Counted from the stretch's first letter, positions 21,573 to 31,138 are shown. The stretch is 64,000 nt of DNA from Candidatus Methylomirabilales bacterium (GCA_046758505.1 JBHIAH010000002.1:59312-123311), one strand, 5' to 3'. Translations and numbers: made by a program. The notes: generated from the sequence alone by a model not told the origin.

Positions 21573-22826
21573 CTACGGGGCGGACCGATGGGACCAGGGG
21601 GGCTTCGGCTCTTCCCGGGAAAGGACGACGATCCCGCTTTCCGTCACGAAAAACCGCTCCCGATCCTTCTCCAGGTCGTAGCCGATCGCGGTTCCTAGCG
21701 GGACAGAGACGTTCTTGTCGATGATCGCCCGCCGGATCCGGCAGCCTCGTCCGATCTCGACCCGGCTCATGATGACCGCATCCTCGATGAGGCAATAGCT
21801 GTGAATCCGGACGTTCGGGCCGATCACCGAGCCGCGCACCACGCTTCCGCTGATGATGGTCCCCTCGGCCACAATCGAGTTCAGGGCGGACCCCCGGCGT
21901 CCCTCTTCATCGAAGACAAATTTCGCGGGGGGGTTGCCGTACCCCACCGTCCGGATGGGCCAGCTTTGGTTGTACAGGTTAAACGACGGATCGACCGCCC
22001 GGAGGTCCATGCTCGCCTCGTAGTAGGCGTCGAGCGTCCCGACATCCCGCCAGTAACTCGGCTCCTCCCCTTTCAGGGGGGTGGGGACGCGGTTCCTCCT
22101 GAAGTCGTACGCGTAGACCTGCCGCCCCTCCTTCACCAGGGTGGGGAGGATGTCGCGGCCAAAATCGTGGCTCCCCACCGGTTGCCGTGCGTCCTCCTCC
22201 AGCATCCGAACGAGCAGTTCCGTCTGGAACAGGTAGTTGCCCATGGAGGCCAGGGCGTACCCCGGCTCTCCCGGGATCGGCTTCGGTCGGGGGGGCTTTT
22301 CCTCGAAGCCGACGACCCGCCACCCGGGGTCCACCTCGAGCACCCCGAAGCTCGAAGCCTCTGCGAGCTTCACCGGGACTACCGCCACCGTGGCCTCCGC
22401 CCTGCTCGCCCGGTGGGACTCCACCATCTGACGGATGTTCATCTTATAGATATGGTCGGCCCCGAAGACGGCGACGCACCCGGGATCGGCCCGCTGGATC
22501 AGGTGGAGGTTCTGGTAAATGGCATCGGCCGTTCCACGGTACCAGTCAGCTCCCGTCTGCATCTGGGCCGGAACCGGGATCACAAAGTGATCCTGGAGGA
22601 CGCTGGAGAACCGCCAGCCTTCCCGAAGATGCTCCATGAGCGATTGGGCCTTGAACTGGGTGAGCACATAGATGGAGTAAACGCCGGAGTTGATGAAGTT
22701 CGACAGCACGAAGTCAATGATCCGGTACTTCCCGCCGAACGGGACGGCCGGCTTTGCTCGGTCCTTTGTGAGGGGATAGATACGCTCCCCTCGCCCACCG
22801 GCCAGGACCATCCCCAGGACTTCCAT
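21573..22826 (-). CDS. glgC: glucose-1-phosphate adenylyltransferase
   Basis: [58 protein letters not shown], plus a C-terminal left-handed beta-helix region. GGAGG lies 7 nt upstream of the ATG. Confidence 0.9.
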   Translation of the reverse strand: MEVLGMVLAGGRGERIYPLTKDRAKPAVPFGGKYRIIDFVLSNFINSGVYSIYVLTQFKAQSLMEHLREGWRFSSVLQDHFVIPVPAQMQTGADWYRGTADAIYQNLHLIQRADPGCVAVFGADHIYKMNIRQMVESHRASRAEATVAVVPVKLAEASSFGVLEVDPGWRVVGFEEKPPRPKPIPGEPGYALASMGNYLFQTELLVRMLEEDARQPVGSHDFGRDILPTLVKEGRQVYAYDFRRNRVPTPLKGEEPSYWRDVGTLDAYYEASMDLRAVDPSFNLYNQSWPIRTVGYGNPPAKFVFDEEGRRGSALNSIVAEGTIISGSVVRGSVIGPNVRIHSYCLIEDAVIMSRVEIGRGCRIRRAIIDKNVSVPLGTAIGYDLEKDRERFFVTESGIVVLSREEPKPPWSHRSAP

Positions 22827-22970
22827 CAGCCGCCCTCCTCTTCACAGACCATATGCCGAGCGCCCACCCCAGTCAAGGCGGAAGCGCAAGCACTTCCGGG
22901 GCACGGATGTTCCCAGGCCTTCGTGCATCGGCCCCCTCCGAAGCAGGACTCCTCCCTAGTAACATCAAGG

Positions 22971-23000
22971 TTGACAATCTGAGACGATGAGCCCTATATT
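22971..23000 (+). promoter_or_regulatory. sigma70-type promoter of the tetR-efflux operon
   Basis: TTGACA (22971-22976), 18-nt spacer, TATATT (22995-23000). Confidence 0.5.
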
Positions 23001-23002
23001 TA

Positions 23003-23026
23003 AAATGACCGGTCGGTCGGTCATTT
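23003..23026. promoter_or_regulatory. palindromic operator, probable TetR binding site
   Basis: AAATGACCG-gtcggt-CGGTCATTT is a perfect 9-bp inverted repeat with a 6-bp spacer. It starts 3 nt after the -10 box and ends 18 nt upstream of the tetR GTG. Confidence 0.6.
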
Positions 23027-23043
23027 GAATCTGGAGACGCTAA

Positions 23044-23646
23044 GTGGCTATTATCGTTGACAAGGAGAGAAAGCGGGGAGAGATCCTCCAGGCGGCAATG
23101 CGGGTCTTTGCCCGTGACGGGTACCACCGGGCGAAAATGGAAGCCGTGGCGGAGGAGGCCGGCATCGGCAAGGGGACGGTGTACGAATACTTCAAGAGCA
23201 AGACCGACCTGTTCCTGGCCTTACACGATCACATGCTCTCCGAGCTGAAGGACTTCTACATGCAAAGGCTCGAGGGGATCCGGCAACCGACCGCCATGCT
23301 CGAGCGATTCATCGCGATCGCCTTTGAAACGTTCCGCCTGTGGGAGCCGTTCTTTCTGGTGTTTTTCGACTTCTGGGCCGAGGGGGGGCGCGGGGAGCAA
23401 CAGATGCTCCTCCAGACGCGCCTGCGGCAGGCCTACACGGTCGCCCGGGGGGACGTCGGCGCCATCATCGCCGCCGGCGTCCAGGACGGGTCCTTCCGCT
23501 GCGACAACCCTCGGCTGGTCGCCGCCGGCATCCTGGCTACCCTCGACGGATTGGTCCTGCAATGGCTCTGCGACCGCCACGCCTTCGACCTGGAAGCCAT
23601 GCGCGAGACGCTCACCCGGATGGTCCTACGGAGCCTGCAGCCATGA
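23044..23646 (+). CDS. TetR family transcriptional regulator
   Basis: N-terminal HTH ILQAAMRVFARDGYHRAKMEAVAEEAGIGKGTVYEYFKSKTDLF. GTG start. Its stop overlaps the next ATG (ATGA at 23643-23646). Confidence 0.88.
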   Translation: MAIIVDKERKRGEILQAAMRVFARDGYHRAKMEAVAEEAGIGKGTVYEYFKSKTDLFLALHDHMLSELKDFYMQRLEGIRQPTAMLERFIAIAFETFRLWEPFFLVFFDFWAEGGRGEQQMLLQTRLRQAYTVARGDVGAIIAAGVQDGSFRCDNPRLVAAGILATLDGLVLQWLCDRHAFDLEAMRETLTRMVLRSLQP

Positions 23647-24890
23647 ATCGCCGCTCGTCCCTCCTGTTGATCCTGGCGATGGTCCTCGTCACCTCCGTGA
23701 GCGTCTATCTTATTCGGGGCGATGACCAGCCGCCCCAGCAGAAACCAGCCCCGGTCCCCGTGCCGGTGGAGGTCGCCCGGATCACCCCACGCGCGTTCAC
23801 GCATCGGCTGGAGGCCCTGGGGACCGTGCAGGCCCGTCGCGAGGCTGCGGTGAGTGTCAAGGTCTCGGGCCCCGTGACGGCGATTCCCCCCGAGATCGAG
23901 CTCGGCGCTCCCGTGGAGTACGGGGCCTTACTGGCCCAGATCAACCCTACCCCCTTTCGCATTGACGTGCGCCACAGAGAGGCGCTGGTGGCCCGGGCCC
24001 GGGCCCAGCTCCGCACCCGGCAGACAGAGATCGAACGACAAAAGGCCCTGATCGGCATCAACCGGGACAAACTGCGGCTGGCCCAGACGGAATACCACCG
24101 ATTGAAGGCCCTGTTCGAGGAAGGGGGGATCGCCTGGCAAGAGTTGAAACGAGTCGAGCTGGCCCTCCGGCAGGTCCAGGAGGAGGTGGAACGGGCCGAG
24201 AGCGGCCTCCGCGAGGCGTCGGCGCAGCGCGGGGTGGCGAAAGCAGACCTGGCCTCGGCCCAGGCAGAGCTCGCGCGCGCGCGGGACGCACTGGCGGACA
24301 CGCAGGTGCGTGCCCCGTTTGCAGGGGTCATATCCGAAAAACCGGTCACCCTGGGGGAACACGTCGCCCCGGGGACCGTCCTGTTCCGTCTGGCAGACCT
24401 GAAGGTTGTCAAGATTCTGATACGGATCCCTGCGGACGACGTCGGCTTCCTCCATCCCGGCGCCAAAGCCGAGGTCACCTTGACCGGGTTCCCCGAACCG
24501 CTGGAAGGCCGGGTCGAACACATCGGCCCCCGGGCGGACGCGAAGACCCGGACGTTTCCGGTAGAGGTCCTCGTTGAGAACCGGGGCCCCCGGAAGCTCC
24601 TCCCCGGCATGTTCGCCCGCGCCAGCATCCCCGTGCGCACGTACCCCCGGGCGATCCTCATCCCACGCCCGAGCGTCCTGACCGAGGACGGCGGGCCGAT
24701 CGTGTTCGTTGCAGACCCCGAGCGGAAGACCGCGCACCGCCGTCCGGTCACCATCGCCCGCACCTTCGGATCCCGCCACCTGATCACCGGGGGACTCGAG
24801 TCCGGCGATCTCCTGGTGGTCACCGGGCATCGCCTCCTTCAGGAGGGGGCGCCCATCCGGGTGGTAGAGACGCGGGAGCTTACACCGTGA
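23643..24890 (+). CDS. RND efflux periplasmic adaptor (MFP/HlyD family)
   Basis: Signal/anchor MNRRSSLLLILAMVLVTSVSVYLI, a coiled-coil hairpin region, and VRAPFAGVISEKPVTLGEHV. The listed 516-aa ORF from 23340 is an over-extension inside tetR. Confidence 0.85.
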   Translation: MNRRSSLLLILAMVLVTSVSVYLIRGDDQPPQQKPAPVPVPVEVARITPRAFTHRLEALGTVQARREAAVSVKVSGPVTAIPPEIELGAPVEYGALLAQINPTPFRIDVRHREALVARARAQLRTRQTEIERQKALIGINRDKLRLAQTEYHRLKALFEEGGIAWQELKRVELALRQVQEEVERAESGLREASAQRGVAKADLASAQAELARARDALADTQVRAPFAGVISEKPVTLGEHVAPGTVLFRLADLKVVKILIRIPADDVGFLHPGAKAEVTLTGFPEPLEGRVEHIGPRADAKTRTFPVEVLVENRGPRKLLPGMFARASIPVRTYPRAILIPRPSVLTEDGGPIVFVADPERKTAHRRPVTIARTFGSRHLITGGLESGDLLVVTGHRLLQEGAPIRVVETRELTP

Positions 24891-27800
24891 GAAGACTGGC
24901 TGCGTTCTCCGTCCAGAACCCGGTCCTGGTGAACCTGCTCACCCTGTTCGTTTTGGGGACGGGACTGGTCACCTACTTTCGAATGCATCGGGAGCTGTTC
25001 CCTGAATTCTCCCGCCAAGCGATCCGGGTCACGACCACATATCTGGGGGCCTCTTCCGAGGAGGTGGAAAAGCTCATCACCGCCAAGATCGAGGATGAGG
25101 TCGCCGACATCGACGGGGTGGATGAGCTGCTGTCGGTCTCGCAGGAGGGTCGGTCTGAGATCCTGCTGAAATTCCAGCCCGACACCGACATGAACCGGGC
25201 CCTCAGCGACGTGCGGGCGGCTCTCGACAGTGTCGCCGACCTGCCGGAAGAGGCTGACGACCCCCGCGTCCAGGAGGTGAAGTCCACCTTTCCCGTCATC
25301 ACCGTGTCGTTGGCAGGCGACATCGACGAAGCGACGCTCCGGAAGATGGCCAAAGATCTCCGGGATGACCTGCGCCGACTTCCCGGGGTGGCCGCCGTCC
25401 GGATCCTCGGGATGCGCGAGCAGCAGATCTGGGTCGAGGTGGACCCGGCGCGGCTCGATCAGTACGGGATGAGCCTGGACGAGGTCCGGGCCGCCATCGC
25501 CGCCCACAACCGGAACGTGCCCGGCGGGACCCTAAAGACGGCCCGCGGCGAGATCCTGGTTCGGACGCTGGGCGAAGCCACGGGGGCCGCGGAGGTCGAG
25601 CGAATCATCCTGCGGAGCGTCGGCACGGGGACCCCCCTCACCGTGGCGGACGTGGCCACCGTCCGGGAGACCTTTGAAGAACCTACCACGATCGGCCGGT
25701 GGGGGGGGCGGCCCGCCCTCAACCTGGTCGTCATCAAGGAGCGCACCGGGGACGCCATTGACATCGCCGCGTCGGTCCGGGCGCTCGTGCAGGAGGTCCG
25801 GAGCCGGTTGCCCGAGACGGTGACCATCGGCGTCTATAACGACCTCTCCATCTTTATCCGGAAACGCCTGAATACCCTCCGCTGGAGCGGCGCCATCGGA
25901 CTGACCATCGTCCTGTTCACCCTCTGGATTTTCGTGCGGACGCGGATCGCCTTCCTGACGGGACTCGGCATTCCCTTCGCCATGCTGGGAGGCATCGTCC
26001 TCATGTCGGTCTCCGGCATCAGCCTCAACATGATCTCACTGTTCAGCCTGATCCTCGTCCTGGGCCTCCTGGTCGATGACGCGATCGTGGTGACGGAGAA
26101 CGTCTACCGCCACGTGGAACAGGGGATGGACCCCCGACAGGCGGCGATGCGGGGGACGGCGGAGGTCGCCTGGCCGGTGGTGGCGACGGTGACGACGACC
26201 GTCGCGGCCTTTCTCCCCCTCCTGTTGATCCCGGGGACGATGGGCGTTTTTCTCGCCCCCATCCCCGTCGTCGTCACCTTCACACTGCTCGCCTCGCTCT
26301 TCGAGGCGCTAGTGGTTCTCCCCTCCCACCTATCCGACGTCATCACACCGGCGTACGCCCACAAGGTCCGCCGCCGGGAACTCGGCTGGCTGACCCGGGC
26401 CCGAACGGCCTACGGCACCCTCCTGGCCACGGCGCTCAAATGGCGCTACGTCACCGCCGTCCTCCTCCTGTGCATCACCATCCTCCTCGCGATGACCGCC
26501 TGGCACCGGATCCCCTTTGTCCTCTTCCGGCAGTTCGAATCCTCGCAGTTCCTCATCAACTTCGAAACGTCGTCAGAGGCCAAGATCGAGGATACGCTGG
26601 AGGTGGCCAAACGAGCCGAGCACGTGGCGCTGAGCCTGCCGCCCGAGGACCTGCGTTCGCTCGCCACCAACGTGGGAATCACCTTTCTGGACATCCACCG
26701 GGCGGAGCAGGGACCGAACCTGGGACAATTGATGGTGGAGCTCAGGGAGGACCGCCGGCGCAGTGTGGATGCCGTGATCGCGGACCTCCGCGCGCGGATG
26801 GCGGATATTCCTGGCATCACCAAGATCCAGTTCCTGAAGACCCAGGCCGGTCCCGGGGGACCGGCCATCGAGGCGCGAGTGGTGGGGGAGACGATCCCGG
26901 TCCTCCGGACCTTGGCCGAGCAGGTGAAGGGATTCCTGCGGGGCATCCCGGGGGTGCAAGATGTCCGGGACGATTTCTCCGAGGGGAAGGAAGAGGTCCA
27001 GATCACCCTCCGCCCCGAGGCGCGCGCCCTCGGCCTGGACCTGGGCCAGATCGCGCGCCAGGTCCAGCAGGCGTTCCTGGGGGTGGAGGCCTCTACCATC
27101 CAGCGGCGGGATGAGGATGTGCCGATCGTCGTTCGCTTCCCCCAGGCCGCCCGCCGCCACCTGGAAACCGTCGCGGGCATGAAGCTCACCCTGCCCTCCG
27201 GAGAGCGGGTATTCCTGCGCGACGTCGCCCGCCTGGAGACGGCGATCGGCACCAGCAAGATCCGCCGGGACGATCAGAAGCGGACGATCACGGTGCTGGC
27301 CGACGTGGATACCCAGGAGGCAAATGCCTACCAGGTCGCCGCGCAGTTGAAACGGAAGTTCGCCGATGTGGGGAGCCAATTTCCGGGCTACCGGGTCGTC
27401 ATCAAGGGGGAGCGACAGGAGGCGGAGGAATCGCTCGCCGCCCTGCCGCAGATCTCGCTCATCGCCCTCTTGCTGATCTACTTTCTTCTGGGCTCGCTCT
27501 TCAAGTCGTTTAGTCAACCCCTCATTGTCATGGCGGCCATCCCCTTCGCCCTGGATGGTGTAGTCATTGGCCACCTCCTCATGGGAGAGCCCCTGAGCTT
27601 CCTCTCCATGATGGGGCTGGTTGCGCTTGCCGGAGTGGTCGTGAACGACTCCCTCATCCTGGTCGACTTCATCAACCGGGCCCGGCACGAGGGGATGCCC
27701 CGCGACGAGGCGATCCTGCAGTCCGGAGTGGCCCGTCTCCGACCGGTGCTGCTAACCACCATCACCACGGTGGGGGGCCTGATGCCCCTGGCCTTTTTCG

Positions 27801-27985
27801 CCAGCGGCCAGGCCAGGTTCCTCTCCCCCATGGCCATTTCTGTGGTCTGGGGGCTCTCGTTCGCCACGATTCTCACCCTCATCCTGATTCCCTGCCTGTG
27901 CGCCATCCTCGATGATCTGAAGGCGGGGGCCCGCCGCCTGCTCCGCCTCGAGGTCGGTGCGGCGGCCCCCCAGCCACGGAACTAG
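24887..27985 (+). CDS. RND superfamily efflux transporter (AcrB/CzcA-like)
   Basis: 1032 aa, 12-TM architecture with two large periplasmic loops. FSVQNPVLVNLLTLFVLGTG, LLVDDAIVVTENV and GVVVNDSLILVDF. GTG start overlaps the upstream TGA. Confidence 0.9.
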   Translation: MRRLAAFSVQNPVLVNLLTLFVLGTGLVTYFRMHRELFPEFSRQAIRVTTTYLGASSEEVEKLITAKIEDEVADIDGVDELLSVSQEGRSEILLKFQPDTDMNRALSDVRAALDSVADLPEEADDPRVQEVKSTFPVITVSLAGDIDEATLRKMAKDLRDDLRRLPGVAAVRILGMREQQIWVEVDPARLDQYGMSLDEVRAAIAAHNRNVPGGTLKTARGEILVRTLGEATGAAEVERIILRSVGTGTPLTVADVATVRETFEEPTTIGRWGGRPALNLVVIKERTGDAIDIAASVRALVQEVRSRLPETVTIGVYNDLSIFIRKRLNTLRWSGAIGLTIVLFTLWIFVRTRIAFLTGLGIPFAMLGGIVLMSVSGISLNMISLFSLILVLGLLVDDAIVVTENVYRHVEQGMDPRQAAMRGTAEVAWPVVATVTTTVAAFLPLLLIPGTMGVFLAPIPVVVTFTLLASLFEALVVLPSHLSDVITPAYAHKVRRRELGWLTRARTAYGTLLATALKWRYVTAVLLLCITILLAMTAWHRIPFVLFRQFESSQFLINFETSSEAKIEDTLEVAKRAEHVALSLPPEDLRSLATNVGITFLDIHRAEQGPNLGQLMVELREDRRRSVDAVIADLRARMADIPGITKIQFLKTQAGPGGPAIEARVVGETIPVLRTLAEQVKGFLRGIPGVQDVRDDFSEGKEEVQITLRPEARALGLDLGQIARQVQQAFLGVEASTIQRRDEDVPIVVRFPQAARRHLETVAGMKLTLPSGERVFLRDVARLETAIGTSKIRRDDQKRTITVLADVDTQEANAYQVAAQLKRKFADVGSQFPGYRVVIKGERQEAEESLAALPQISLIALLLIYFLLGSLFKSFSQPLIVMAAIPFALDGVVIGHLLMGEPLSFLSMMGLVALAGVVVNDSLILVDFINRARHEGMPRDEAILQSGVARLRPVLLTTITTVGGLMPLAFFASGQARFLSPMAISVVWGLSFATILTLILIPCLCAILDDLKAGARRLLRLEVGAAAPQPRN

Positions 27986-28249
27986 TGCCGTTCCAACTAC
28001 TTTCCCCAAAACCTGCCCCTCACTGAACCGAGGAAGCAGGCCGAACTGTGAGGGTCGGACTAGGCCACACAAGGTGGAACGGCGCTAGCCTCGACTCCCG
28101 CACCGCTCCTCTCCGCCCCCCCGTCATGACACCAGGCCCCCCCCGGCAGAACAGAGACCAGGACGTGCGTGCGCGCTTCAGGGGCGGCAACACCCGAGCC
28201 CGCCTGAGGGTAGGCGCAAGGGAAAATTTGGTGGCGGGTGCCAACGGTC

Positions 28250-28527
28250 GCTTCGACCTCACAATAGCGCCGCAGTATGGGAGGACACACGGTTGGTCGC
28301 GGCGGCGGCTGATACCCCACGGGGGGCACCAGCTCGCCCTGAACATGGCGGCGGGACTGCAACTGGGGGGCTCCGAATCGTATCCGCTGGTCTTCCAACC
28401 CTTTGGCGGCTTCGCCGACCTTATCCCCATCGAGGACGGCTATACCCATCCGCATGATTCCCCGGGGGTCGGTGTCGAGCTCAAGGCCGAACTGTACACC
28501 GAGCTCAAAAAACTCGCCTCCCCCTAA
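28250..28527 (+). pseudogene. 3' remnant of an enolase-superfamily (mandelate racemase/MLE-like) gene
   Basis: The tail LIPHGGHQLALNMAAGLQLGGSESYPLVFQPFGGFADLIPIEDGYTHPHDSPGVGVELKAELYTELKKL resembles the family C-terminus (...PH....E......DG....P..PGLGVEL...). Only about 540 nt are available after the RND stop, too short for a full gene. Upstream residues are Arg/Gly-rich non-protein-like sequence. Confidence 0.4.
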
Positions 28528-28784
28528 GGCCTCGCCTCAGATTGCTTACCGCTGATTCCCATGCCTTTAGGCCATGCGGGATGATCCGAAGGTGCGTGCC
28601 CCTGGGACCCCCCGGTGCGCCGTGGCCCCCCCAGCCCTCCTGATCCCAAGCTAGGCGCCAATTCTGGGGACCAAGCCGCCCGCCTTTGGTAGGACAAAGC
28701 CATATGAGACTCAAGATAACATATTATAAATAAATCTTTTGTCAGATATATGAGTCTATTCTACTAATATTTTCTTCTTAATGC

Positions 28785-28813
28785 TTGACAAATTTGCCGT
28801 GGCCGATTATATT
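28785..28813 (+). promoter_or_regulatory. near-consensus sigma70-type promoter of hsp20 inside an AT-rich island
   Basis: TTGACA (28785-28790), 17-nt spacer, TATATT (28808-28813). Preceded by about 100 nt of strikingly AT-rich DNA. Confidence 0.6.
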
Positions 28814-28884
28814 GTGTGTGGAAGGAACGGAGAGCCGCGGAAGAGGTGTGCGCGGCCAAACCCAGCTAGAAGGAGGTGTTAGAG

Positions 28885-29352
28885 ATGTTAATGCTTCGTC
28901 GATGGTCTCCGTTTGACGGGCTGACCCCATTCCACCGCGATTTCGATCAGCTGTTCGATCGACTCTTTGCGGGGCGCGATTGGTGGCCGTGGCCTCTCAC
29001 TACCGAAGGGTTCGTCCCCGCGCTTGAGGCATACGTGGAAGGGGATCAGTTCCACGTCCGCGCCGAGCTGCCCGGGATCGATCCGAAGGAGATCGACCTG
29101 TCCGTAGAGGACAACCGGCTCACGATCAGGGGCGAACGAAAGACCGCAGAGGAGAAAAGGGAGGAGGGGTACTACCTGCACGAGATTGCCCATGGCCGCT
29201 TCGAACGGACCGTGGGTCTGCCCGAGGGCGCCGATGTCGAGAAGATCGACGCCCGGTATGATAAGGGCGTCCTGGACATTACGGTGCCCCTGAAAGAGGC
29301 CCTCGCCTCAAAGAAAGTCCCGATCGAAGTGACCGCCGGGGAGAAGAAGTAA
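28885..29352 (+). CDS. Hsp20/alpha-crystallin small heat-shock protein
   Basis: FVPALEAYVEGDQFHVRAELPGIDPKEIDLSVEDNRLTIRGERK...GRFERTVGLPEGADVEKIDARYDKGVLDITVP. AGGAGG (28871-28876) lies 8 nt before the ATG at 28885. The listed GTG at 28876 abuts the SD. Confidence 0.9.
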   Translation: MLMLRRWSPFDGLTPFHRDFDQLFDRLFAGRDWWPWPLTTEGFVPALEAYVEGDQFHVRAELPGIDPKEIDLSVEDNRLTIRGERKTAEEKREEGYYLHEIAHGRFERTVGLPEGADVEKIDARYDKGVLDITVPLKEALASKKVPIEVTAGEKK

Positions 29353-29376
29353 AACAACCCATCCCATATCTGGATT

Positions 29377-29409
29377 GACCGCCGCCTGACCGCCCGTCAG
29401 GCGGCGGTC
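29377..29409. terminator. 13-bp GC hairpin between convergent hsp20 and prmA
   Basis: GACCGCCGCCTGA-ccgcccg-TCAGGCGGCGGTC. Only a weak T tract follows (gctatttcg). Confidence 0.4.
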
Positions 29410-29433
29410 GCTATTTCGACACAGCACCGCTCC

Positions 29434-30387
29434 CTACCTATCGGGTGTGAGAGTCAGGCAGAGCCACTCGTCGTCCGTTCGGCGGGCGATCACTCCGAAT
29501 CCCGAGGCCCGGGCCGTGGCGGCAACCCCCCTTGCCTCTTCTACCAGGATTCCCGAAGCAACCAGTCGGCCGCCCGCGGCAAGGTGGGTCAGGACGGCGC
29601 CGAATAATCCGCACAGGCCCTTCACATCCAGGTTCGCCAGGATCAGGTCGAAGCGCATCTCGGACCTGAGGGCCTCGACCCCCCCCTGCATGAGCTGGAC
29701 CCGACCCGCGACACCGTTCAGGACAAAGTTTTTCGTCGCGGCCCCGCACGCCTCGGCATCCGTATCGATGGCGACGACGCGCTCCGCCCCAAGGGCTGCC
29801 GCAGTGATCGCGAGGATGCCGGTTCCGGTCCCCACATCGAGCACCCCGGGTTTCCGGGGCCCCGCCCATTGCTCAATCAGGGCCTCCAGGGCTTCGAGGC
29901 ACATTCGCGTCGTGGCATGGTGGCCGGTTCCAAAACCCATCCCGGGGTCGATCCGGATGAGGAGCCGATCCTTCGGGAAGGGGCCAACCTCCCAGGGAGG
30001 CGCAATCACGAGACGCCTGCCGACCGGCAGCGGCGTAAAGTGCTCTTGCCAGGTTTTCCCCCAGTCCTCGGTCGGTATCTCGCGGACCGTGATCGGCCGC
30101 GCCTCCCCGCTGAGCCCGACGGCCTCGAGGGCCTCTTGGTATTGCGCCAGCCGCGCGACCGTCGGATCGATCACCACCCCCCCGGGGAAGCTTGCCCGGA
30201 TCACGATCCCCGGTCCCCCCGAGGGCGCGTCCTCCGTCAGGAGGCCGACCGCCCCCTCGGTGAAGAGGAAATCGGCCAGCGCCTCCGCGGTGTCGCCCGT
30301 CGCGACGACGGTTACCTCGATGTATCCCTCGCCCACCGTCCGCCTCCGAGCAAAACCGTTCCCGGTACCGACCGGCGATTCGGACAC
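29434..30387 (-). CDS. prmA: ribosomal protein L11 methyltransferase
   Basis: WGKTWQEHFTPLPVGRRLVIAPPWE, IRIDPGMGFGTGHHATTRMCLEALE and VLDVGTGTGILAITAAALGA. The start may be slightly downstream. Confidence 0.85.
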   Translation of the reverse strand: MSESPVGTGNGFARRRTVGEGYIEVTVVATGDTAEALADFLFTEGAVGLLTEDAPSGGPGIVIRASFPGGVVIDPTVARLAQYQEALEAVGLSGEARPITVREIPTEDWGKTWQEHFTPLPVGRRLVIAPPWEVGPFPKDRLLIRIDPGMGFGTGHHATTRMCLEALEALIEQWAGPRKPGVLDVGTGTGILAITAAALGAERVVAIDTDAEACGAATKNFVLNGVAGRVQLMQGGVEALRSEMRFDLILANLDVKGLCGLFGAVLTHLAAGGRLVASGILVEEARGVAATARASGFGVIARRTDDEWLCLTLTPDR

Positions 30388-30400
30388 GGGTCCACGAAGG

Positions 30401-30946
30401 CTAACCGGTGAAGCCCTCGTCCAGTTCGACGCCGAGGCCGTCGGCCACCCGATCCTGGTGGTTGAAGAAGCCGGCGATCAACGTCAGCGTGAGAATCTCT
30501 TCGTCCGAGAGCCCAGCGGCTCGTACTCGCTCAATGTCCTCACTCACGATCTTACTCGCATCCCGCGTGAGCCGTTCCGCGTGTTCGAGGATCACACGTG
30601 TCTTGCGGTCGAGAGCCGCTTGTCGGTAATCCTTCTTGATCTGGGCAGTCAGCTCATGACTGCGTGTCTCGCGACGGAGAAACTCTCCGTGAGCCTCTAT
30701 TCAATAATGGCAGTTGTTGAGCTTGGAGACTAGCACCGCGATCATTTCCCTCTGGGCCCGAGTGAGTCCGGACGGACCGAACATGAGGGTCTCGTAGAGC
30801 GGCTGCATGGCTTGCAGGACGTCAGGCCTGAGGCTGTAGACCTTCAGGATGTTGGGCACGAAGCCCATGCGCCCCTTGATCCCAGCGTAGAACTCGCCCA
30901 GTGCCCCTGTGGCTTCCTGCTCCTCGACTGTCTTGATCCACGCCAT
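30401..30946 (-). CDS. AhpD/carboxymuconolactone-decarboxylase family peroxidase-related protein with in-frame TGA (candidate selenocysteine) at 30701-30703
   Basis: Listed ORFs 30701..30946 and 30401..30595 are in the same frame, with no other stop between them. Read-through gives ...VSKLNNCHY-U-IEAHGEFLRR...LRAAGLSDEEILTLTLIAGFFNHQDRVADGLGV. The TGA occupies the second Cys of the family's C-x-Y-C-x-x-x-H redox motif. Total 181 aa, the usual size for this family. Confidence 0.7.
30668..30693 (-). promoter_or_regulatory. candidate bacterial SECIS hairpin
   Basis: On the mRNA: UGA, 7 nt (AUAGAGG), then CUC-ACGGAGA-GUU-UCUCCGU-(CGC bulge)-GAG. This is a 7+3 bp stem with a G/U-containing apical loop centred about 20 nt after the UGA. 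Confidence 0.5.
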
Positions 30947-31138
30947 TTCTCCCCCCTGTATGCGAAGACCTCCGCTGCTCGGTCACCCTCTCTGACGCGA
31001 CCCCATTCCGGGGCATCCCGCGATTCGCCAAAATGGTACAGCAGATCTCTGTTCGCGAAAACGACAAACGCAAGGGGGAAGGAAGGCTCGCAAGACAGGG
31101 AGGCTCTGGCGTTTCCTGGGGATCGGTGACTGGTCTTT

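Noticed and set aside
28505-28714. 69-aa minus-strand ORF, and other short ORFs in the 28.0-28.7 kb gap.
   Set aside because: No SD and Gly/Arg/Pro-rich composition. They overlap the enolase-family remnant and are best treated as non-coding.
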